A DNA stretch of 64,000 nucleotides from Trichoplax sp. H2 (taxonomy: Eukaryota). The position numbers and the translations under genes were made by a program. The notes beneath the pieces are model-generated. The model was not told where the DNA came from. It saw only the letters and a list, made by a program, of their open reading frames with translations, and searched no databases. Where the stretch lies: positions 62,001 to 126,000 of the forward strand of contig NOWV01000031.1 in NCBI GenBank assembly GCA_003344405.1. The letters run 5' to 3'. Within the stretch, counting starts at the first letter, position 1, and every line of letters starts with the position of its first letter. Of the stretch, positions 53,126-64,000 are shown one piece after another.

Positions 53126-56100
53126 TTATACTATGGCTAATTTCTCCATAATAACCTTGCCACCAGCTTGTGAATGCCGATATCGCGCCAAATCAACACG
53201 TGTGATAATTCCTATTACCTAATCGATATAATTAGCCTCGTAAGTCAGAGATTAATTTAATCTACGCATTAATGCGCATACATATGCCTTGAAAGTATCT
53301 GCACTACAGTATTACGATAGAACATAAAATTTGTTTACTTGATTTTTGCTGTTGATCACGACTATATGACGAAGACCCAAACCACGGAATAGCCTATACA
53401 ATCGTGGGAAGGACATGTTCTAAAGGAAATAAAATTTCAGGATACTTATGCATTTATATCTTGATCGATGTAGAAAGATACGAACATTAAGATAGCGTTA
53501 AAGCAAAGTTCAATTTTGCAAATCACCTCGTATACTGTATACGGGGACGGGTTCATAAACTTGGTTAAGTCAATAGTCTTATTCATATCTTCAGGTGGGA
53601 TTTCACACTGTAAGGTAGAATTTATAAAGTATTTGTACAGCAGTACTTATTTCGAATAGTCAACAGTAGCAATGCTACATCTCTAGTTACCTAATAGAGA
53701 CATTAGCTATTTCTTTTATAAAATTAAAGTAACTGTGTCAGATAGTATCCTTGTAAATAAAATGAGTAAACTGTTACAAACCAAATAATACTCTATTTTT
53801 CATTACTTACTGAACACACTCTGTGAATGTTAATTGTTCATTGATAACTGATGACTATATATTAGTCTTACCGAAAAATCATCGTGCTTGCTGTAAAAAT
53901 GTTTAAAGGTATCGAAATCCTTCCCATTCAATCGGTAGTCTTTTAAGGGATGGTTGCTTTTATACAGCTAATGAAATAAGGGAATTATAATAATTTAGTA
54001 ATGGTGATAATTGATGAATATCAATACATTATATGTCCAAGTGGGAAAAATTGAAGTATTCAACAGTTACTTGGTTGATATTTGCATCATTTCAAACCTG
54101 TAATTCTAAAATGGTCTTGAGTTCAGAAAGTAAGATTAAACCAATAAGTCTTCCTTTAACATTAGTATTATTCGCGGTAGCCGCAGTTCCCTCAACAGTC
54201 TTATTAAAGTAGGATAGAAAAATTTAAATTTAAAACAATTTTAAAAGAAAACTGCGCTGAAACACAATTATGAAGGTATGTGCACTAACCAAGTTATCAA
54301 CTACATCGTCATCAACAACTGGGTAGCCATTATGCCTCAAATCAGCATCTTTAATAACAGTGTAGATATCGGCCACCTTTTGTGAGTTTTAAGCAAATTT
54401 ATTAGCTTGGACAGCCACAGTGTAATTACTAAAGTTATACATCATATCCAAGAATCATCATATTTACTCTTTCCGTTTTGCGTAAGGTAATTACAGATTC
54501 GCAAGTTAAATCTCTGTAAGTTTTAAAAAAATTCACGACGTCAGAAGTGAAGAGCATACAGCCCTACTCTGTATACAATCCAACAATACTAACTTTACGG
54601 TCAAACTACCAGATAAATCTGGCGGTTCCCAAGGCAGCAAAGGCACTTTCATTAATTGTACGTGAATGTCATATAATCCCTATAAAATTTTACATAAATA
54701 ATTACAGATGGAAAATAAGTGTGTAAGAGTACCAATAGTAACAGTGGTTTTCACATGTATGGTCACAACATATTACCTCGTTAAAATAATCACCAACTAA
54801 TTTCGAAATTAAAATAACCACCATCAAAGGTAATCCAAACGCAATATCGCCAATAGCTTCGACAAGAATTACAGTAATGCTAATCGTCATTCTAACAACG
54901 CCAGCTAAAAATACATAAAAATCAAGACTGTATCAGTAAAGCTTTCAATTAAGACTTCGGTTCTGGATATTTGTATCAAAATTATTATTTCCTAATACGT
55001 TTACCTAACATAGCCGCTGCTCCCATGAGAGCATATCTTCCCGGACTTGACCATTCCTGCAATACATGATAGGATTATAAAAAACTCTTAATGTGATAAG
55101 CACTTTAATTGCATGGCTTACTTGTCCTGGAATTAAGTTAATAAGTTCTCCCAAAATCCTTCCCCACGCTGCACCTGTTAGGATACAAGGCACGAATAAT
55201 CCGCTGGGTACATTAACTCCATAGGTCCAACAAGCGGTGAAGAAGAATATTACTGTAAACCAAATTAATGTCGGTATAGTGTATAGACCTATAATTGATT
55301 TGAAATATGCAACAATTCATTATAATGTAACCTGCCGTCTTGGTAGATGTACAGTGCTTGTACAATTTTATCACTATTACGAAATTATTCTTTTGCAAAC
55401 CTTGTGGTGTGTGAAACATATTTTTAATCGCTTTCTCTGGCGTATTTAAAAACAATGTCGCCATTGTATTATAGTCGCCATTACCGCACTTAAACTAAGT
55501 AAATGGTGTTAATAATGTTAAATGGTTGTAATTTTTCTTAATTACTCACTTAATACAACAGTCATTTAATTACCGATGTAAAATTAAAAGTTTCCAGTTC
55601 TGATTGTATGGCTTCATACTTTGGCTGACAGCCTTGATTTAACGATACAGCCAGGAATGCAGCAGCTGTGCAAACAATGATAACAACGATCGCCTCCAAT
55701 AATTTTAAATAGCTCTTTCGAATATTCCTACAAACAACGCAAATATCGGTTAGTGAATTGCTTATCGATTCATGGGCTAGAAATAAAAAAATTAGGAGCT
55801 ATCCATTCACTTACCTCATTCTATGCAAGGATAATTTATAGTTTATGTAATTAAATAATGCGCCAAGTAATCCTCCTAAAAATATAGTAGATCAAATCAA
55901 GCTAAGGCGAAGAAAAAGAATAATTAGAAGCAATAGTATATTTTCTATTCTTGTTATTTACCAACAATGCCCATTAAGAAGAAAATAGGTAGCTCATAAC
56001 CGTAGTAAGTGACACCCTGAAATGTTTGAATTTGGTTCGAAAATAAATAAAAAATTAAACTGAACAAATTATTTTAATGTTTTTATTTGCTAATACCTTT

Positions 56101-59100
56101 TTAAAGTCACCGAAATCTAGTAAACCAGGGAAAGATAAATTAAATGGCATACCATGGATGAAGGATCGTATCACGTTTAAAGTGAACGTTGATGTCATTG
56201 ACGCAAAAAACTAAAAATAATGGAGCCTTATTAATTGTGGCTACTTGCATCGAAATTTACAAGAAATCCCGCCAAGTAATATATCAATCAAATGGACATC
56301 AATAATATAATTCTTATATTTCAATACGGGATTATAGCTTCAAATAACAGATGTGCTATATAATTAACTTGTGCAAATTGAAATTAATTTTACTTAATCT
56401 CAACATACAATTCTCCACGTAATTGATTGATACCAGAAGCTGGCACCTTCTTCTAAGCTAAATAATACACCACCTGTAAATGCAATGGGTCAGGTACATT
56501 ATTTATTTTAGCAATAGAGAGTTGCATAAATATCGTTAATAGATATTATTATTTCATAAACTTGTGGTCTGTAATCTGTTAAAATTGTAGTGGACTGCTC
56601 AACTAGTAGGTTATCCTAGGCGATACTAAATTATCATGTGCGAATAAGCTTCGATTAAGATCGGATGGAGTTCTTACCTACAGGTGAACCAAAAGCAGCA
56701 GAAACACCCGCAGCTGCACCTGCAGATACAAAATCACGTTTTTCCACAGGCGAACGAAAGTAACGAAAAATCTACAAATACATAGCGACAGAAATTGGTG
56801 ATTAATGGTAATGGTTGCCTGCTATCGAAATCAAGGCGGTAATTCACAATGCTTACATTGAAAGAACATTTTCCTATGGTCACCTTGCCATTAGAAATGG
56901 CAGCGGCCAGTGCAGCTCCAGAATGTATCATAGGGCCTTCCTATATCATGTAATATTTAAAAAGTCGGTCAGTTGTATGTATGCTTAAGAGTATTCAGTT
57001 TTGTAGTAATGTAAAATTAAGCAGTTTAGTAACGATACCTTCCCAACAGGGAGACCTCCAGCTACAGAAAACAAAACGCCAACAGCTTTTGCGACCAAAG
57101 TCTGTTTAAAATAATCCCGGTAATACCACGTTTAGCAAGAAAGCATCACATTTGTTTCATAAGAAATATCTTAAACATTAAAAGTAGTCGTGCAATGTCA
57201 CTTTAGAACCCGTTAGACTGAATGATCAGGCCTACCTTCAAGCGGACACATCGCTGAATATTCACACCGTTAAGGAAGCATTTAATTTGAGGTATACCAC
57301 TTCCAATTGCCACTGGCTACATAAATGGTACGGAAGGGTGAATATTTACAGCATACTACCATAATCATTTTGATATCAGTATTTAACTGTTGCCAGTAAC
57401 TTGAAAATTATTAAAGTAAAATTAGCGGCATCGCTGTTACTTTGCTAATTTTACCTCTAAATATACAACCAAAGCAGCCGCTATAAAAACCAAGCTAATG
57501 CTAAGGGCCAACCATATTAGATACGGTTGAGCTAGGCAATCTTGGAAATAACACCTGGTAAATGCTAAGATGGATGAAGCACGCATGTTATTCTTATAAA
57601 CGCTGTACCATTTTAATTTCATCATTTCTCAAAGATCATAGCAAGTAAAGACTGTATACCTGTTGTTATCCACAAATATTTTACACTGGATATCGCATTG
57701 ATGCCTACGTCAATTAGGGCTGCAACGCAAGCTGTGCTAACGCCAATTAGAAACATGATGATCCATCTTTGAATGTTTACAAATGATAATATCTACGTTG
57801 TAATAATAATAATTCAAGATTTATAAAAGTTTCTGATTTAATTTATCAAGCACAAAATTCTTTTATTGTAAATATTGTACTCCGAAATAATCGATAAACT
57901 AAAGCAATTCAACTCGGTGTTAAGGATATAGACGCAATATATGAATGGTAAGTTATCACAAATGTGAGTATGTTCTAGTACAAGACCAGAAATTGAATCC
58001 AATATCACATTAATGGTATAGATACGAGTATAATTAATTGCTGCAACTAAATCTATCCTAATGCTATACGGTCGATGTAATGTATTTATCGTAAAATACG
58101 TGGAAAACAATTTTAAATTGCAAGACTATTTTATTGTATCTACGCGTACGAGTATATTCCCATACAATCCAAAACTAGACCTATCTAATCCGATGTAAAC
58201 AGTATCGATGTAATATAGCTATAGTAGGTTACAGCCGTAAATTTCAGTTATAGGTGCTGTTTCTTACAGATGCTTCCTTTGGAGGAATCTGAAAAACTCT
58301 TTCCCAGTTTTCAATATTATCCGATCTATCATAATCGAAACTCTATAGTATTGACAAAAAGGTAATTTCATTAGGCATGATAGTTCTAATATGCAGTGAA
58401 TATGTTGAATATACAACGTGAATTTTTAAATTCTAAAAAGTAATGTCCTTATACAATAATATCCGTTATTCTGAGCAGCTGAAATTGGATAAAATTTCAC
58501 TCATCACTTTTCCATTATAATTTAACTTTTGATCAAGCTGTTACCTACCATGACAATATACATTACCTCATATTGCTTGGATATTTCATCTAAGCCTTGA
58601 TGGTGGGCATGACTAGCGTGCTAATAATTATACAGTATAGATATTAGTTGAAGTTCGTCAATGTATTGTTGCATGTTATCGATCGTTTCCTAGTATTGTA
58701 AATTGAAAGTGTGCCTTGACTTTATCGTAACGTATTTATTTCATTAGCTCACGGCTTCTATATTAACTATTCCAATGCAATTCATTACACTTACGTTTAT
58801 TGAATAGTTGTTAACAACCGGCTTTATTTCGGTGCTTGTATCGTCGATAGATGAGTACTGTAGGTATTCAAAATAAGTAATTGTAAGTAGTGAATTGCGT
58901 AGCAAAAGTACCGAGAATGTTATTATAATAGCAACATGTTTTATATTTGCATTTGAATTTTTGATTGATGTTTATGGATGTATTTTGAATTTCATCAATA
59001 CTGTATCAATAAGTGGATTGATATAAGGATGTGGTGTCTACCATGCCGAGGCAGAAAGGAGAAGAAGCTGTCATGCTTCATCGTCACTTAATGAAATACG

Positions 59101-61066
59101 ATAAATTTGTGGTCATTCAATATGATGATGAGTATGGATTAATATTGTGTATTTGTTATCATTATACCTAGTACAATAATTAATTTATACATTATAATAA
59201 ATACTAGTAGAACCCGCGTTTGTTCTACTTTGCTTACTGTATGCACTTGTACTTTTTATTATACAATTGTCAGAATAGGAGCCATTTTTCCAATCACAAC
59301 TTGAGCAACTCTGAGAAATCATATAAAGCTTGTCGGATTTTTCTAGAGTGGGGGTACAGGCTGTACAGTAATTGTAATGCAATATTTCTCAGCAGTGATA
59401 CTAATGGTGTCTCCTCAGGTAGTGATGATGTTACATATATAATTAATCCTATTAAGATTTAAAGAGGTTCAAGTTCCTTCTCGAAATTTGCAAAATCTTG
59501 ATACATTAAAATGGATATTTTACGTTTTATTCAATGGATGGGAAAGATTTGTCCTGTATGGAACGTGATGCAGTTGCGTTAGTATTGGATGCTTTTAATG
59601 AATTTTATCAATGGTCCAGTTCTTCTTTATTTTCCATTCCATAAGAATCAAGTGTATTCATGCTGAGGAGTACATCTGCGTATAAGTGTATGCGTTGATC
59701 GATCTCTTAAGTTTAGAAAACCAATTAAAAGCGCACAAGTGTTTTACTAGAAGTCCATCTTGTATAAGATATAACGACATTGCTTTACTCGAAGTAAATG
59801 ATTCAAGTTGAACATAGAAATGTGTTTGCCTTATTCACTCCAATTATGGGAAATAAGATACTAATATAGATCAAAGTAGCTCATACCTATGGCATGCTGT
59901 CAAAGAAGAGATGATGGCAATCACTTGACTCACAGTCAATACCATAAAGTTTAGAAGCGTTTATTATCTCTGAATGTTTCTATCGATAAATGAATTAGAT
60001 GCGTATGTACGCTCGTATATTCAAGAGTTTATTTTCCATGACATTGATTGGACTGATGAAGGACATCAACCTGATGTTCTTTTCGCTATCATTTGAAATT
60101 TATAGTCGTTGATTCTACGGTCCATCAAGAAGTTTATTATTCGATCAGACATGTGCGCTCAAGAGTTTTTATTCCATTCTACACTGTTGCGGTATGAATC
60201 GTTGGCCATGTCCTATTTGGCGTAATCATTTCAACTTCATTTTCAGATTTAGTATACTATCGATGAAAGGAAAGAATTATGAAGGACCAGTACAAGTTAT
60301 CGTTGTAATCAGGTCTACGCTCGTATATCCATGGTGGAATAGGATAGACAAAAATAATGTTCAAGCGATACTGGTCTTACCGACTAATTCACAGATTGAA
60401 TCTAGGTACGATCCATAGCACCATCGTTCAATAACGATGCTATGATCATTATAATCAAGTGTTTACGTTGATTTTTTAATTTTTATTTCATAGCATGGTT
60501 ACTTGCGACTGGTAGAAAATAGCAAACTACTGTACCGTGGTGGATAAAAAAAGTATGTTGGCAAGAGAAAATTTTGTTTTCAAGTGGTCGATAGACAGAA
60601 TCTGCAAGTGTATTTTCGATTTAATAGAAACAAAGTATTGGCAATGTTGAACAAGATGATTCTCCTCTTCTCGTCCAGGATGCATGACCAAGTTGACTAT
60701 TGCCTTGTCGATCGATCGATCGTATTGGTTCTTTATCGTAGATACACCAACAACAACAAACTATCCTCTATTGGTTTCATGTCAATGATATACAATCCTC
60801 TTGGATGTCTTTGATACTCATTCGCCCCATCCATGCTTACTCCTACCTAGCATAAAGATGGGATCCTACTGAAAAGACTCCAATTGCCTATCGACTGAAT
60901 GGATCGTCATGGTAATGTTGTGATTGATGTTGGACCCAACCAACCTTGCACTTGAAGTAAACTAGCTACGTCTCCTAGCGAGAGAAGATAGCAAATCACT
61001 TACGTTTTGAAGGTGAGAGTGTATTAAAGGAGATTGCTCGCCTCGTTTCACATTCAATTTGACCAT
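53126..61066 (-). CDS. CLCN7: H+/Cl- exchange transporter 7 (ClC-7), more than 20 exons
   Basis: Spliced minus-strand exons give GSGIPQIK (~57285-57307), [82 protein letters not shown] domains ([26 protein letters not shown]) and C-terminal TRVDLARYR, which is ClC-7-like rather than ClC-6-like. First exon 61066-61004; stop at 53128-53126. Confidence 0.93.
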
Positions 61067-62365
61067 CTTGCTTGCTCTCTCTTAATGCTTGTCAACAATC
61101 ATGGAGAAAATGGCTTTCCAAGGCTTCCGACATAGCCTGGCAAATGGATGGAAAGATTGAAGGGGGGGGGCAGTCGTTCCTACGTCCTATGACGTCAACG
61201 ATAGCGGGTCTGTGTCTCCAGTAGCACGTACGCGCTCGCGGTACGTGCTCACTGAGGGACGACAGTGCAGTAGAGTCAGAGCTGATCGAGTCAGACGCAG
61301 TACTGGTTTGCTGCTGCTTGCGCGTCAGTGTCTGCGAGGTGGAAATCACGTGGTCTACGCGAGATTGAAGTGGAGTTCCCTACAGTACTGTGCGTACAGT
61401 ACATTAGTGTTACACTATTGTACTGTACAGTACTGTAGAAGAAGGTCTTCCTTGGTCTTCTTGTCTGGTCTTTTTCTACTCTAGTAGTCGATGATACAAG
61501 GGACAACTTGACGAAGCACAATCTGTCCACAGGTCCAGTTGTAAAAAAGAATTTCTACACTGTACTGTACCGTACACTTATTTTGAAGGGTCTCAACTGT
61601 ACAGTAGACTACACCAATACCGGTGTAACTTGGCAGACAGTAGTGTACAGTCTATTTGATACAGTATCAACTTCAAACACTGTAGCAAAACCTGAACAGT
61701 ACGTACTGTACAGTACAGTACTGTACTGTAATACAGTACACTGTACAGTACAGTCCGCCATTTTGGGTCCTGTATTCTACAGTGGTACAGTTTATTTGGT
61801 ACAGTATTAGCTTCAAACACTGTAGCAAAACCTACTGTACACTGTATACATTACTGTACAGTACAGTACTATGGTGTACTGTACACTCAGTGTACAGTAC
61901 TGTACAGTCCGCCATTTTGGGTCCTGTATTCTACAGTGTACAGTCTATGTGGTACAGTATCAACTTCAAACACTGTAGCAAAACCTGTACTGTACTACAG
62001 TGTACAGTATATAGTGTACAGTACTGTGTATCGACGTACAGTACTGTACTGTAGAGTTCGCCATTTTGGGTCCTGTACTCTATAGTGTACAGTGTACACT
62101 GTACAGTACCAAGAGAGAGTACGGAAGAACGACAGCTCCATGTGCTACAGTACAGTATACTGCTGGCACGACACTGGTCAGTACAGCTTACGCATACTGT
62201 ACTGGAAAGTGCAGTCTGCAGCAAACGTCCAACCGGTCCACCCTACAGTACCCCATGTTGCATACTACAGTACACAGTAGACTGGACTGGACTGGAATGG
62301 ACTGTAGGAGGAAAGGCCAGTCCAAAAGCAATCACGTTGTGCAAGGACAGAAGGCTTCAAACAAA
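61067..62365. promoter_or_regulatory. Putative bidirectional promoter between CLCN7 and MRPL12
   Basis: A 1.3 kb spacer between divergent ATGs, GC-richer than its surroundings. CRE palindrome TGACGTCA at 61190-61197, E-box TCACGTG at 61346-61352, and three CGCCATTTT motifs. Confidence 0.7.
61640..62110. repeat. Three ~150-bp tandem repeat units built from TACAGT/ACTGTA words, each with CGCCATTTTGGGTCCTGTA
   Basis: ccgccatttt at 61755 and 61909, tcgccatttt at 62058 (periods 154 and 149). cttcaaacactgtagcaaaacct occurs three times (~61671, ~61811, ~61964). Confidence 0.9.
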
Positions 62366-64000
62366 ATGGTAGCCATGACCTCGTTGAGAAGAATTGCTCA
62401 TTTTCTACCACAATCCTCATCGATGTACAGGTTTGCTCAATCATATCATGAAACCATGCAATAACGTATTAATACTACTATTGCCAATCACCAATACGCT
62501 AATCATGATAACTTGATCGCATACTACTTCAAGTCCAGCTAAAAGTCGTTTAATCGAGCACATTGCTGCTTTCAACGCCACCAACAATAACTCACCAGCG
62601 ATCGACGTAAACCATAACTTATTCCATTCGATCATGCTAGTGGAGACTGCAATGATGAGTGCAATAGTTCACCACTACAACACAAGTGTACAGGTTATCA
62701 CACAGTACTGTACAATGACAGTAATGCAATCTCTTTCGATCCACGAGCTACGCTCAAGTCATAGCACACGCAATAGCTGCTTCGACCTACGCAATCCACA
62801 CCAATTGACGGAATTCAAATTGGTCTCGATCATATTTGACCACGACTGTCGGAAACGATGATAGCGGACTAATTGGATTCAATTCTACTAGTTATGACAG
62901 TGATTTCAGGATCATGGTGTCAGCGCCAATACTATTACAGTAGACAGTACAACGAGATCGACACATAATGTCTTCTTTTTGTTATCAACTTCCTTGCAAC
63001 CATCCTATACAATATTGGACTGGAACGTCATGACTGCTATGGCTAGTTTTATTCAATCAAAGTGAAATTGATCCGCCTTGAAGCTAACGTAGGAATCATT
63101 TCTATTCATTTAGGGTACTTCCACAAAGAGCACCCAATGCTTGTATTATAGTAGCCTCGAGGAATTGCCAAACGATGCCTAAACCATCGGCGGATGATCA
63201 GCCAAAAGAATATCCAGAAAAGATTGTTAATATAGTCGATAATATCTCGCAATTGACGATATTAGAAGTGGCCGATCTCAACGAATTATTAAAGGTACAT
63301 GATTAAATAAGTAAAAAACGTGTAGTAAAGACCCTAAACCATAACTCTATCCGTGAACGTAATCATCGCTGAGTAAAATGTTATTTTATCAAAACTCCGT
63401 AGGCCCGCCTGAATATCAGCGATGCACCGATGGCAATGGCTGCTATGCCACAAGCTGCACCAGCTGCTTCGGTAAGTTCTATCTCGACTTGACGTCGATG
63501 CTTAGTATAACTTTAATGTATCACATCATGACTTCCCAAGGGATATGTATATACATACAAGTATACTCGTATATTACATCAAAATCAGTAATATTCCTTT
63601 CAATCATTTCTACAGCAAGAACCTGCTGAAGAGGAGGAAGTACAGACTGAATTTACTGTCAAATTAATGAAATTTGATGATGCCTCAAAAGTTAAACTAA
63701 TTAAGGAAATTAAAGCTCTAGTCGATGGAATGAATTTAGTCCAGGTATGACATACTCTTCCTTAGTATTATTAAATAGCCCTCGAAGGTATATGTGTTCT
63801 ATCTTACGCAGTACACGGTCATTATATAATCATAGCATTCCCTTTTATACAATCCTGCTGACCTACCATTCGCATTGTATTCATTGTTAGGCCAAAAAAT
63901 TTGTCGAAAGCACACCTCAAGTAATCAAGAAAAACATTTCCAAGGAAGAAGCAGAGCAGCTGAAAAAGACTTTAGAAACTGCTGGTGGAAGCATTGTCAT
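62366..64000 (+). CDS. MRPL12: Mitochondrial ribosomal protein L12 (bL12m), 3' end beyond the window
   Basis: Exons 62366-62430, 63114-63294, 63403-63471, 63616-63744, 63891->64000 join in frame. Arg/Ser-rich presequence MVAMTSLRRIAHF, then YPEKIVNIVDNISQLTILEVADLNELLK, FTVKLMKFDDASKVKLIKEIK and MNLVQAKKFVESTP...KEEAEQLKKTLETAGG. Confidence 0.95.

Noticed and set aside
58862..61003. Nested gene in the 2.1-kb first intron of CLCN7
   Set aside because: Only short ORFs with no coherent exon chain or recognisable motifs in the parts I translated.
61640..62110. CRISPR-like array (conserved blocks separated by variable sequence)
   Set aside because: The intervening sequences are related low-complexity TACAGT runs rather than unique spacers, there are no cas genes, and the context is eukaryotic.
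61092..62365. Many overlapping Tyr/Cys/Thr/Val-rich short ORFs on both strands
   Set aside because: They are by-products of the stop-poor TACAGT repeat. Only the part of ORF 62066-62464 from 62366 is the real MRPL12 exon 1.

Overview
AT-rich, intron-dense animal genomic DNA. Composition, short introns and the TPR-repeat type suggest a placozoan such as Trichoplax (inference). Conserved spliced genes: two tandem Rho GDP-dissociation inhibitor paralogues (-), a 17-exon R7-family RGS protein (DEP-GGL-RGS, -), a short ninein-like EF-hand/coiled-coil gene (+), the lysosomal Cl-/H+ exchanger ClC-7 (-) and, head-to-head with it, mitochondrial ribosomal protein L12 (+, runs off the window). Between RGS and ninein (~27-43 kb) lies a fast-evolving accessory island. 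It holds a tandem array of intronless DUF2278/YukJ-like genes, a family I know from bacteria and fungi and therefore a horizontal-transfer candidate, with one intact TATA-associated copy and three decayed loci. It also holds an orphan multi-pass membrane ORF with a stop-interrupted signal-peptide extension, a decayed TPR-repeat gene and a solo-LTR-like element. The element appears to replace ~2.3 kb in one haplotype, and the two haplotypes are interleaved across three assembly gaps. The RhoGDI-1 upstream region and the ClC-7/MRPL12 spacer share a TACAGT/ACTGTA-saturated sequence, the latter with three repeated YY1-type motifs. All gene models were spliced by eye; no database searches were run.
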